Below, piece after piece: positions 28,301 to 36,915 of a stretch of DNA of 64,000 nt (positions are counted from its first letter, which is position 1; each line of letters begins with the position of its first letter). Origin of the DNA: Promethearchaeota archaeon (lineage in GTDB: Archaea; Asgardarchaeota; Lokiarchaeia; Sigyniarchaeales; SOKP01); assembly GCA_048938855.1 (NCBI GenBank), contig JBHLLT010000001.1, positions 160,024 to 224,023 of the forward strand, given 5' to 3'. A program made the position numbers and the translations under genes. The notes under the pieces are model-generated. The model searched no databases and was not told the origin of the DNA. It saw only the letters and a list, made by a program, of their open reading frames with translations.

Positions 28301-30331
28301 GTTAATTTTACTTTTGTCTATACTGATGCACTCAGAGGAAACAAAATTAGCAACTTAAAGACTCAATATTATGCCTGGGAACGTTATGATAGTGAAGGGA
28401 ATGTAATTGAAAGTGGTAATGGAAATATAATTACTGCTATAGGTAATACTTACATCTTGGATTTCAACACTGAATCCAGAGCTTTAGGTGAATATTTCTT
28501 GATTATGGCTTTAGAAAAAGATAATTATGACCGTAAGAATGCGATGATTATTCTAACCATTAAAAAGAGAGAAATAAATCAACCTATTTTAAGTGATAAC
28601 TTTCAAAATAGGAAAACGAATGTAGTAAAAGGTACACCGGTTCCAATACAAATCATTCTAACTGATCCTACTAAATATGATAGTAGATTGCGTAATGCTA
28701 CAATAACTTTAACAATAAGGGGAAATCTATATAATTTTACGGAAATTGGAAACGGAACCTATATTTTGGATTTTCCAACATATAATATAAATGCTTTTTT
28801 CACATCAAATACACTCACGGGGACTATAAATATTACAAAAGAAGATTATATTTCTCAAGAATTTGATATTATCATTGTTGTGGAGATGGAACAAATCTTT
28901 CCTGGTGTTCCTACATTTTATTTCTTACTGATTTTATCTGCAGCTCTTGCCTTAGTTGGGAGTATTGTAGGATATAGAGTTGTCCATAACGCTAGAATAC
29001 CCGCATTCGTAAGAAAAGTAAGGGAGATTGAAAAAAGCATTAAAAAAGGCAAAAAAATTGATGAATCTTTATTGTACCGCAGTAAAGATGCTTTTATTGT
29101 AGAGAGAGTAAATTACAAATGGAAAAATCTTGATTTGTCGTTGGCAGAAATATTAAATCTCAAGATAGAGAAAATTAAGAAGAGTGAACAATTACAAAAG
29201 AGATCTAGTGATATTGCAAAAGTTCATGAATTAAAGCCAGTTGGATTAGTGTTGATGAAATGGAATGAAAGAATAGGAACAGAAATTTTAGCAAAATATC
29301 CGGAAGAAACCATAATTTCAGAAAAAACTTGTATGCAAATATATAGTACACATGAATATAGTGGAGAAAAAGGAACAATAACATTGACAGTTGGTTCTCT
29401 GAATATTATTTCGTATTACACAGGACCTGAACAAGGTTATTATCTTCTTTTAATTTTAGAGTTAGAGGATGATTCGGATCTTTATGAAGGAGGAATGGCT
29501 GATGTTTTACGAAACATCTTAGAAAATGTTGAAGATGATTCATATAAAACGCTTATACCATCTTACTTTCAGCGTCTATCGTTATATCCATCTTTTAGTG
29601 ATGAGGAAATATTAGCACTTACCTATCAAGATGACGCTAAAAGAATGATTATTGATAATTTAAGAGAAACAGGAGTGATAAGTAAATCAGAATTAGATAT
29701 CTGGTTTAAGGATAAGTACCTGGAAAAGTTTGTTGATGTAGAAGCCACTGTATCCGATTTGCTAAAGAAAGGAATTATTAAACAGTTTTCTGTAAAAGGA
29801 TTACTCTCAGAATTAATTGCTTTAATTTATGATGTTTTTATGTTGAGGGTTCCTCCTTTAGATTTAATCGAAGATCCTATTAATCGTGGACTTCCAACAC
29901 AATTTAAAAAAGAATATATAGATTTGGTGAAGAAATTTTTCCGAAGTTATATCCCAACTAATGAGGATAATTTAAAGATTGTTAAACTTTTGAGTAATCC
30001 TCAAGTTCACTTAACACTAAGGTTATTAAGAAGTACTATTGTCTCAAGACAGGAATTAGAAAAATTGAAAGTAAAAGGAGTTGCTGATCCATATGGTGTA
30101 GTTAAAGCTTTATGGGATAACCAATTGATTGCAGTTTTCCAAGATGAAATGAAGAATGAGTATTATGCACTTCTAACTGATTTTTATATAGATTTGATAT
30201 TTCCAAAATATATTTTACAAATCATTAAGACTTCATATGAACAGAAATCATTGACAGATAAAGTATTGATAGAATATCTTGAAACCCTTGAAGACGTTTA
30301 TTATAATCTAAAATCAGAAGAAAAAAAATAG
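22343..30331 (+). CDS. Giant type I membrane protein B (2662 aa), paralog of 14159..22177
   Basis: Same architecture; TM at ~28910-28975; tail with GLVLMKWNERIGTEILAKYP. Confidence 0.8.
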   Translation: MKSNKFRSINTKKKIEALLFLLFTIIIPMLISTPLFSISPYNDSLNNKDTNDDLKEKLNLNAPLNARYFDHYKSITIDHTQVSGASGLINFPFLISIFDTDLRFDVQSDGDDIAFSSNNVWLDHEIELFDQTYNSTHAKLVVWVRIPVLSVTIDTNLRMYYGNSTMNSRQNPTGVWNSNYVAVWHMNQDPSSSNILDSTSNNYDLTTTGFISDTRIYNGKVGTAISVDGSNDYFYINSINGPINDMAFQTWFKPDNKIDNTTARMDFFQGNTPDVSPEMRFTTSGTVNVYLEVTSDNSEGSYGITDSWAAGSWSQFTYIRDISLSRAYHYINGTLDVTDSSSDNANPHLPWNQFSILAGIGGSNIWGPGAISEFRILRTVLPSGWILTEYNNQYNPNSFYTIGEETSVVWEPPNSQYFSYYKLITIDHNEVSGSGIHNNFPFLFSFVDKDLKYHAQPDGDDIAFAANGDWLDHDILIFNQTYSSTEAQLTVWVQIPNLYSDINTTIAMYYGNSTMSSRENPEGVWDSNYEAVYHFDNDFLDATSHNRDGTNTGSVNVKGKIGNGQDFEHDDSSDNINIGTWSVSGSKITIQAWVKYESFDSIWSGYSDARILSKNSGTSDGSEYHVWMLGTYNQSLTKNGPYFLRGRIKTGVDDAAGTSTVEATSGPLSINTWYLASIRYDGSNINLILDGNNVLTLSKTGPLRENNWPITIGNSPTGDRPIDAIIDEVKISSTTRSNDWLKTEYDNQNDPSTFGSVGGEQIVNDITSNADYFDFYKIITIDHTKVDGTGSHVNFPFLVSIFDKDLHFDVQSDGDDIAFSSDGKWLDHQIESFNQNYNSTHAQLITWVRIPFLSTVEDTEIIMYYGNSTMNSRQNPTGVWLDYKSVWHLNEPSGTGDYIKDSTSNGYDGTPFGTQFSGTSIIDGARYFTGSGDNRILINQGSQFFNGDPTFTFSFWVYPNYATDAEMEATEGRVFYKQSSVRMNRFWRQNWMPAGDARYQSDIQFTTYGTTYNNVGVNRLKWNYITYSYDGTYLKTYVNGSLGPSLNTGGYPLIADTSSFYLGEASNSFKGYLDEFRVLDSYRSDGWVATEYNNQYNPNNFFNIGSEQYSKPIVEVDVSVNALDLYGNLLSNVTISMYQHLDLIEQDITGIDGNVSFTNIIGGAYNFTATIRSNLGDIVEIVNSTSQAIMLDQPFQTVDLICDVSSHFFEVIDVDLNPVESGWIIVGNATQQLQKSIIDPMGHTTFWWVNASPSTYNYTIYYKNPNYNPPIIELASGDITTVNATIQVQVELTTIELIVQTINAPITPVSGAKLKLTLNNPLGPSIVNLTTNIYGKANLRWLTSLEIGGDYSLQIEFFGSNKLFNQTVGGPADVNNISFTVTNQDNLELRILIDLSKFQTELISLNPTDYIEVEWGTLLKLRMLFNVSKVEAGYESLLGPVYADSMRITLLLGGSTVISGAFSKEQNNEGRHFIEIDTTQLDSALRYIIIISAYKSGYTIPSDRILQLNILENEVELNQSNNDDSDTQTYWLESVNMTLNSYGSNSETLTVENLIFQSIDHEFDFLISDIETHWNLSKIVLNLYNISWNVGVSEINITIEDPFGTIYFFNSTTHLGWDYAQGTWTGIILNLNRASLTNDNNFEFLISGTFDNTIDIVADAYFIRDKINVQYSKFNISNQISLLTEGEGWVISNITFEIFDCYDSSDWSVVDLSSLTDLNITTNEGFTYSLDYGYPDGTGLLSIVDSIIYPIGNQFLFTVEAGPNIIFNAIIKVEYIQGFYRHQYLETFNCTKTERGITNGGLFQISAFGSSWSEHEAILWIKSIKSGPTYYFPSEIAMNITIGGQKFSISDYASGIGTLSLSGFSKEQLLHAVIETSLTVDFTLLLSIQYSRLASYEIYGSLIYTIVEAPSVYGSVQYDPDLGYYLKVIDTSLLDADEYTVRFTVNKPHYKMTTKDLNLIVLNRPTLLNQTSDFFRKIESVYVKDAVNFTFVYTDALRGNKISNLKTQYYAWERYDSEGNVIESGNGNIITAIGNTYILDFNTESRALGEYFLIMALEKDNYDRKNAMIILTIKKREINQPILSDNFQNRKTNVVKGTPVPIQIILTDPTKYDSRLRNATITLTIRGNLYNFTEIGNGTYILDFPTYNINAFFTSNTLTGTINITKEDYISQEFDIIIVVEMEQIFPGVPTFYFLLILSAALALVGSIVGYRVVHNARIPAFVRKVREIEKSIKKGKKIDESLLYRSKDAFIVERVNYKWKNLDLSLAEILNLKIEKIKKSEQLQKRSSDIAKVHELKPVGLVLMKWNERIGTEILAKYPEETIISEKTCMQIYSTHEYSGEKGTITLTVGSLNIISYYTGPEQGYYLLLILELEDDSDLYEGGMADVLRNILENVEDDSYKTLIPSYFQRLSLYPSFSDEEILALTYQDDAKRMIIDNLRETGVISKSELDIWFKDKYLEKFVDVEATVSDLLKKGIIKQFSVKGLLSELIALIYDVFMLRVPPLDLIEDPINRGLPTQFKKEYIDLVKKFFRSYIPTNEDNLKIVKLLSNPQVHLTLRLLRSTIVSRQELEKLKVKGVADPYGVVKALWDNQLIAVFQDEMKNEYYALLTDFYIDLIFPKYILQIIKTSYEQKSLTDKVLIEYLETLEDVYYNLKSEEKK
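22533..25680 (+). repeat. Three ~350-aa DUF2341-like/LamG repeat units in protein B
   Basis: Units begin at ~22533, ~23581 and ~24645 with the same conserved motifs. Confidence 0.85.
25702..29047 (+). repeat. Copy 2 of the ~3.3-kb direct repeat
   Basis: As above, with one extra codon (DLSSLTDL vs DLSLTDL). Confidence 0.9.
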
Positions 30332-30793
30332 GAAATATCAATTTTTTTTTTATTTTATTTCCAAATAAGAAACAATCTTACATATTTATTTAAAATTTTT
30401 ATCTAAATAATTCTTAAAAGAAATTATCTTAAATTCCACAAGAATAATGAAATTATTCTTATTAACCCATAAAATGATAATAGCGCTACTTTATTTCATA
30501 TTTTATTAGGATTAATATTATTAAAAATTTAGTTTAATGGCAAAAAAAAATAAATAACTAGATTTACATTAATTGAACAATATATATCTGTAAATTTTTT
30601 TAGTGATATTAAGAATATTTTTAATAAAAAAATATAAAAGTCTAAATAAAAGGAAATTTGGTATTAGTTATTTAATCAAAAATAAAATAAAAGCCAATTA
30701 ATAATTAGTATTAAACATAATATTGTAATTGAATATATATTAGTTGTAATGTGAATTTTTAATAAATATTGCATACCTCATCGGTGAAATAAC

Positions 30794-32674
30794 ATTCTAA
30801 GGCAAATTTTAATATATAAAGGTACTGAGCTCTTATATTATAGACATTTTGGTAAAGCTCTTAAACAAGAAGTCTTAAATTATCTCGTTTCAGAGATTAT
30901 AAAAGATGAAGATACAAGAAAGGAGGACAGAGTTGAATCTTACGATTATTATAAATTCAAGGTTTCTTACATAACAAAAAAAGATTTAGGTATAATAATA
31001 TTATTCCTTTCGGGTTTAACAGATAAATTTGAAAATATAAAAAAGGAATTATTAAGATGCAGAACTGATTTTATTAATTTATTTGAAGAAATCTTAAATG
31101 AAAGATATGACAAAAAAACTTTTGAGGTTTTTGATCCAGTTGTTGATTCAATCCATAAAAATCTTCGACCAAAAATCTCACTAGTTGGATTTTCTGGAGT
31201 TGGCAAAACAACTATAACAAAATTAATAAGAGCAGAAGAGATCCCCGTACAACATATTCCTACAATTACAGGTGATATTGCAACCGTTAAAATAGGAAAG
31301 TTGCATTTTCATTTATGGGATTTTGCTGGACAAGAACAATTCAGTTATCTCTGGAATAACTTTATTAAAGGTAGTGATGCGGTTATTTTAGTTACAGATT
31401 CTACTTTAGAAAATGTTGATAAGAGTAAGTTCTTCTTAGAATTAATTAAAGAGCAAGCACCTTATGCTCACACAGCAATAATTGGGAATAAACAAGATTT
31501 AAAAGAAGCTTTATCGCCCGTTCAAATTGAGAACTTTTTGGGTTTAAAAGCCTATTCAATGATTGCAAATGATCCTAATAATCGAGATAAGATGATTAAA
31601 ATTATCGCGGATATATTAGAAATGAGTGCTGAAGTTTCACCCTTATTAAAGCCTTTATTAGAAAGAGATAAATTGATAGAAGAAGCTAGTACTGCTTTAA
31701 AATTAGCTGATTTTGATAAAGCAGCTCTATTATTTGATAAAATAAGCTACTTATGTATTGAATTAGGTGATGATTCTCTTGGAAAAGAATTTTTTGAGAA
31801 GTCACAGAAAATTATAGAGATGTTGGAAAAAACAGAACCATCTCAACTAAGTCAACAAGGTTTAGGTATTTCTGAAGAAGTTGAACCGATAAAAAAAGAA
31901 CAAAAAGTAAAACCACAAATCTCAATTAAAGCAGTAGAGGTTCCTCAACCATCATTATCTGGAAGATCTCAATCGGAAATCTCGCAAAAAAAAGTTGTAG
32001 AGAAAAATTTAGAATCACAAAAAAAGATAGAACAAGTTGAATCTAAAGAATGGATTCGGTCAAGTAAGAAGTCATATGATCAAGATAAAGTTTTCGAATC
32101 TAAAGCTGAAGTTAAAAAAAGTGTTTTAAAATTAAATCCTGAGGATTTTATGGTTAAACTCAAGCCAAAATCTATAGGAATTGTCCCAAAAGATGCTAAA
32201 GATAAACTGAAAACAACCGCGTATGGTCATGTCAAAAATATTAATGATGTGACGGAGAAAATCACTCCGAATCAAGTTCAAACCAAAGAACCTAGAGATT
32301 TTTTGGCATTTGAAGGGAGTCCATCAAATAAAGCAACCCTTAATCAAATAAAAAACGTAGAAGTTGCTGAACGTGCAATTCCGATGAAACAAGCTCATAA
32401 TTTTGTGAATACTCACACTCCTTCTATTAGCAATAATATAGAAGCAGACCGTATTAAAAGAGAAGCAGATAGTATTAAAAGAGAATTAATAGATTTGAAA
32501 AGTAAAAAAGCAGATTTATATAAGATGAGTGTAGATCTAGAGAGACAAGAGTTAGAAAAACAAATTACAAAAGAGAAACTTGAAGAAAAAATGAAAGAAA
32601 TTGATAAATACAACGAACGATTTGATGAAAAAATTCTGGAATTAGAACAATTATTAAGAGACTTACAACAATAG
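30794..32674 (+). CDS. Longin-like, Arf-like small GTPase, helical bundle, low-complexity linker and coiled coil (626 aa; ATT start)
   Basis: The ORF-track start (31301) misses the P-loop. The frame is open from TGA 30785-87: ILRQILIYKGTELLYYRHFGKAL...PKISLVGFSGVGKTT...IPTITG...WDFAGQ...NKQD. A GGTGA Shine-Dalgarno precedes the ATT. Confidence 0.88.
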   Translation: MLRQILIYKGTELLYYRHFGKALKQEVLNYLVSEIIKDEDTRKEDRVESYDYYKFKVSYITKKDLGIIILFLSGLTDKFENIKKELLRCRTDFINLFEEILNERYDKKTFEVFDPVVDSIHKNLRPKISLVGFSGVGKTTITKLIRAEEIPVQHIPTITGDIATVKIGKLHFHLWDFAGQEQFSYLWNNFIKGSDAVILVTDSTLENVDKSKFFLELIKEQAPYAHTAIIGNKQDLKEALSPVQIENFLGLKAYSMIANDPNNRDKMIKIIADILEMSAEVSPLLKPLLERDKLIEEASTALKLADFDKAALLFDKISYLCIELGDDSLGKEFFEKSQKIIEMLEKTEPSQLSQQGLGISEEVEPIKKEQKVKPQISIKAVEVPQPSLSGRSQSEISQKKVVEKNLESQKKIEQVESKEWIRSSKKSYDQDKVFESKAEVKKSVLKLNPEDFMVKLKPKSIGIVPKDAKDKLKTTAYGHVKNINDVTEKITPNQVQTKEPRDFLAFEGSPSNKATLNQIKNVEVAERAIPMKQAHNFVNTHTPSISNNIEADRIKREADSIKRELIDLKSKKADLYKMSVDLERQELEKQITKEKLEEKMKEIDKYNERFDEKILELEQLLRDLQQ

Positions 32675-32985
32675 ATCTTTTTTTAGTGCTTAAAATTATT
32701 TTATCAATACTAGACCTATAATTCTGCAAAAATGTTTAAAAACCTAATTTAAATAATATTATAAGAGACCTAAAAAATTTTGAAAGATTGCCTAAAGAAA
32801 ATAACAATGAGAATAGAGGATCTTTCATAAGTGAAAAATTTGTAATACACAAATATCCAATCATTAAAGATTTAGTTAAGGATATATCAAATTGAGGATT
32901 GAGAAATATAGTTTCTAATTGCTTTGGTGAAATATTATTCTAAAACAAGTTTTTGTATACAGAGGGAATGAACTATCGAGTATTA

Positions 32986-33861
32986 TTAAATAATATTTTT
33001 TAAATATTTATCTGGGACTTTTGCTTCTCCCATTATAATATCTTTTTTACTTCCATGATAATCTGATCCTCCTGATTTTATAAGATCATAATCTTCGGCA
33101 ATCTTTTTATAGTATTCAGGGAAATAATTCTGAGCCCAATAAGATTTATCAGTCCCAGCATATGGCCTGTTTTTGGCATAAGTATATTCCACTTCGATAC
33201 CTTTTATTCCTGCTTTAATACACATCTCTATAAATTTTTTATGATTAGAAACGCTATAAATGCCAGGGTGAGCCAAAATGGGGACTCCACCAACAGAACT
33301 AATTAATTCTATTGATTCTTCAAGATTTAATTCAATATCTCTATCCACAAATGCAGAACCTCCTGTACTAATCATTTTAAATAATTCATTTTTAGATTTT
33401 CCGTAAACTCTATCAGGGTTATTTTTTTTCATAATCTCAACAATATGAGGTCGGCCTACGACACGGGATCCTGCAACTGATTTTACTTCTTCAAATGAGA
33501 TATTATACCCGAATTCATCCCTCAAACGTTTACAAATAGCTTTCTTTTGTTCTAATCTTCCTTTAATTTGATATTCAATTGTATTTACTAGCTTAACGGA
33601 TTTATGATCAATATTTAAACCTATAATATGAACATCTATTAATTCTCGCTTTGGTTCATGTCGTATTGAAATTTCTATTCCCGGAATTACAATAATTTCT
33701 TTTAATTCTCCAATTAATAAGAATTCTTCTAAGTTTGATATGGTATCATGGTCCGTTATTGCAATCGCTTTTAATTTTAGATCAATAGCTTGATTTATCA
33801 ACTGAGAGGGTGTATCTGAACCATCTGATGCTGTCGAATGCAAATGAAGGTCAATCATCAT
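32986..33861 (-). CDS. PHP-domain metal-dependent phosphoesterase (TrpH/YciV-like)
   Basis: IDLHLHSTASDG, AITDHDT, GIEIS, GRPH, LAHP, GGSDYHG. Start at ATG 33861/33858 preferred over 33906. Confidence 0.9.
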   Translation of the reverse strand: MMIDLHLHSTASDGSDTPSQLINQAIDLKLKAIAITDHDTISNLEEFLLIGELKEIIVIPGIEISIRHEPKRELIDVHIIGLNIDHKSVKLVNTIEYQIKGRLEQKKAICKRLRDEFGYNISFEEVKSVAGSRVVGRPHIVEIMKKNNPDRVYGKSKNELFKMISTGGSAFVDRDIELNLEESIELISSVGGVPILAHPGIYSVSNHKKFIEMCIKAGIKGIEVEYTYAKNRPYAGTDKSYWAQNYFPEYYKKIAEDYDLIKSGGSDYHGSKKDIIMGEAKVPDKYLKNII

Positions 33862-33989
33862 AAATATAAATTTATAATTAGATTTTAGTTTTATTTGAAA
33901 AAACATTATGTAGAATTTTTATCTAATTAAATATAATAAACATATAATATTTAGAAGAACAATTATTTCAAAAGAAAATAGTGAACTTC

Positions 33990-35405
33990 ATGCCTATAGT
34001 CGTAATGAAATTTGGAGGTTCTTGTTTAAAAGACAAAGATGCCTTCAATAAAATTCTCAATATTACAGAAATTTATAATGATGTGAAAAAGGTATATGTA
34101 GCGTCTGCTTTGAATGGAATTACAGATTTACTTTTAAAAACTTCTAAATCCTTAGAAAATGAAGGAGAAACTGATAAAAATATAGCTATGATCAAAAAAC
34201 TGCATATTGATATAATTGAACAAATATTTGATGATACTCCGGAAAATTATGTTAAAGCAAGAGATTGGATTGATGATAAATTAAGCGAATTAGAGGATGC
34301 ATTTTCGGATATTAAAGAATTTGGTTTAGAACCTTATTATACTGATTATATAATGAGTTTTGGAGAAATTTTATCAACTTATATTTTAAATCTATACCTC
34401 CTTAGTAAGGGGATAGACTCAGTATTTATTCCTACGAATAAACTTATTATAACCGATGATGAGTTCAATAACGCTTATCCATTATATAATTTAACAAATG
34501 CTCGGGTTGAAAGGATATTAGTTCCTTTTCTTGAAAATCAAAATAAAGATTTTGTTGTTTGTCTAACTGGATTTATTGGGAGAAATAAAATAGGTTCTAT
34601 AACTACTCTTGGAAGAGGTGGATCAGATTATACTGCTACAATTATAGCACGATCACTCCATGATGTAGGAGATGATAAAAATATTAAAGTAATTCTGTGG
34701 AAAGATGTCGATGGTTTGTTAGCAATAAATCCTAAATTTGTTCCTGAATCTTCTCTTATAAAAAATATAAATTATAAAGAAGCGAAACATATTTCAAATT
34801 TTGGTGCTAAAATAATCCATCCAAAATGCTTAGAAGCAATTGAAAAAAATAAGATCCCCTTAGAAATAAGAAATTTTGATAAACCTTTAGACAAAAACTT
34901 CACGCTTATTTCTGAAATTGCCGATAAAAACCATATTAAAGGCATTTCTGTTATTGAATTTTCAACAATAATAACTGTCACATCTGGAAGTATGGTTGAT
35001 GTTCCCGGTGTATTAGCAAAAATATTTAAGGTCATGAGTAAAAATCAAATAAGTGTCTCACTGGTAGCCCAAAGTTCATCTGAAATTAGTACGTCGTTTA
35101 TTATAAGGACAGAAGACTCTAGAAAGGCAATAAATGCTTTAAAAAATTCAGATTTTTTTTCTGAATTCTTTGAAATAAATTGGGAGGAAGTTGCTGTATT
35201 GAGTATAACTGGCCTTAAAATTCTTGAAACAAAGACTAAAACCGAGATTTTTAACGCTTTAGAAAAGAAGAATATAAATGTAAAAGCTATATCACAAAGT
35301 TATAATGAACTAAACTTATCATTAGTTCTTGAAAGAGAAAAACTAGTGGACGCTATAAATACTATTCATGATCACCTTTATGATGAATTTGAAGGAATTG
35401 ATTAA
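33990..35405 (+). CDS. lysC: Aspartate kinase with C-terminal ACT domains
   Basis: VMKFGGS, SFGEILS, TTLGRGGSDYTA, WKDVDG, FGAKIIHP; ACT repeats. Confidence 0.92.
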   Translation: MPIVVMKFGGSCLKDKDAFNKILNITEIYNDVKKVYVASALNGITDLLLKTSKSLENEGETDKNIAMIKKLHIDIIEQIFDDTPENYVKARDWIDDKLSELEDAFSDIKEFGLEPYYTDYIMSFGEILSTYILNLYLLSKGIDSVFIPTNKLIITDDEFNNAYPLYNLTNARVERILVPFLENQNKDFVVCLTGFIGRNKIGSITTLGRGGSDYTATIIARSLHDVGDDKNIKVILWKDVDGLLAINPKFVPESSLIKNINYKEAKHISNFGAKIIHPKCLEAIEKNKIPLEIRNFDKPLDKNFTLISEIADKNHIKGISVIEFSTIITVTSGSMVDVPGVLAKIFKVMSKNQISVSLVAQSSSEISTSFIIRTEDSRKAINALKNSDFFSEFFEINWEEVAVLSITGLKILETKTKTEIFNALEKKNINVKAISQSYNELNLSLVLEREKLVDAINTIHDHLYDEFEGID

Positions 35406-35508
35406 TTATTTTAAAATATCCTCAAATTTTATTATGAATTAGAATTAATAATCATTAGTATGAAAATAGGTATAATAAAATTAAGAAAGATACAATTAGA
35501 TGCAGAAG

Positions 35509-36030
35509 TTAAGTTCTTGAATCAATAATTCGACGCGTAAGTTCAGTAAAGGCATCGTCAACATTAACACCTGTTTTAGCAGAAGTTTCAATATAAATAC
35601 TTCCCTCATTTTCTGCGAAAGAGCGAGCTTCATCCCGGTCAATTACTACCCCTACATCTTCCATTAAATCAGCTTTATTTCCAATTAGGACAAAGGGTAT
35701 ATCCCCTGCGAATTGGCGTATTTCAGTGAGCCATTTCCTGATTTCTGAATATGTTTGTTCTCTAGTTAAATCAAATACCAATAAAGTTCCCGCAGCACCT
35801 TTATAAAATGTTGATCTTATAAATTCAAATCGCTGCTGACCTCCAATATCCCAAATGCTCAACGTAGCGATTTCTCCTGGTCTAAATTCGACATCCTTAG
35901 TTAAAATATCCACACCAACAGTCAATTTATAATTAGCTTGAAATCGATTCTTAATAAAACGTTGAACAAGGCTAGTTTTTCCTACAGCAGCGGCACCAGT
36001 CAATAATACTTTTAATTTGAAACTTGACAT
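35509..36030 (-). CDS. Rab-like small GTPase (no C-terminal prenylation motif)
   Basis: GAAAVGKTS, YKLTVGVD, WDIGGQQRF, FYKGA, LVFDLT, NKAD, ETSAK. Confidence 0.95.
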   Translation of the reverse strand: MSSFKLKVLLTGAAAVGKTSLVQRFIKNRFQANYKLTVGVDILTKDVEFRPGEIATLSIWDIGGQQRFEFIRSTFYKGAAGTLLVFDLTREQTYSEIRKWLTEIRQFAGDIPFVLIGNKADLMEDVGVVIDRDEARSFAENEGSIYIETSAKTGVNVDDAFTELTRRIIDSRT

Positions 36031-36242
36031 AAAGCTTCACTCATGTCGTTTTAAATTTTTAAGTTATGTATATAAGATAAATTAAAGATTTAATAAATTA
36101 AAAGTTTAAATATTTTTCTTATAAACATTTATCATTTTTAATTTATTTATATAGTAATCTATCTAAAATATATATCTTCTTTGGTATTAAAAATTATTTA
36201 AAAAAATAAAATTTAAGTATGGCTAAAATTCTTTAGAATTTA

Positions 36243-36893
36243 ATGTTTAGATTTAATTTTTTAAAGGAATATTATTTGAAATCAAATCTTAAAATATTTC
36301 CTAATCTGCGATCAGAATTAGAAAAAGCTATACTTCCTTGTAGTACCCTCCTTGACCTTGGATGTGGAGCAAATTCACCAATAAAATATTTTTCAGAAAA
36401 ATTTCAATGCATTGGCATTGATCTCTACGAAAAAAGTATAAATGAAAGCAAAAAAAAGAAAATTCATAATGAGTATTGCCAAATGGATGTATTAAAAATA
36501 GAAGAAAATTTTAAACCAAATTCTTTTGATTGTGTTGTTGCATTAGACTTAATTGAACATTTAACCAAAGAAGATGGTAATAAATTAATCAGGGCGATGG
36601 AAAGAATTTCAAAAAAGAAAGTTGTTATATTCACACCTAATGGATATCATCCTCAAGGAGAATGCGATGTGAATCCTTGGAATGTTCATAAATCTGGATG
36701 GACTGTGGAAGAAATGGAACAAAAAGGTTATAGAGTAATAGGGATGAATGGATTAAAATATTTAAAAGGTGAATATGCTGCCCCGAGGTATAAACCAAAG
36801 ATATTATGGTATATTATTTCGGAATTAACTCAAATATTTGTCAGAAACCATCCTAAAAGAGCGAACCAATTATTATGTGTAAAGAAAAAATAA
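36243..36893 (+). CDS. Class I SAM-dependent methyltransferase
   Basis: LLDLGCG, GIDL, SFDCVVALDLIEHL, FTPNG. Confidence 0.85.
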   Translation: MFRFNFLKEYYLKSNLKIFPNLRSELEKAILPCSTLLDLGCGANSPIKYFSEKFQCIGIDLYEKSINESKKKKIHNEYCQMDVLKIEENFKPNSFDCVVALDLIEHLTKEDGNKLIRAMERISKKKVVIFTPNGYHPQGECDVNPWNVHKSGWTVEEMEQKGYRVIGMNGLKYLKGEYAAPRYKPKILWYIISELTQIFVRNHPKRANQLLCVKKK

Positions 36894-36915
36894 TAAAGTA
36901 TTGATAATATCTTCT

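Noticed and set aside
17548-29047. Diversity-generating retroelement explanation for the repeats
   Set aside because: No reverse transcriptase in the window, the repeat is kilobases long, and differences are not adenine-specific.
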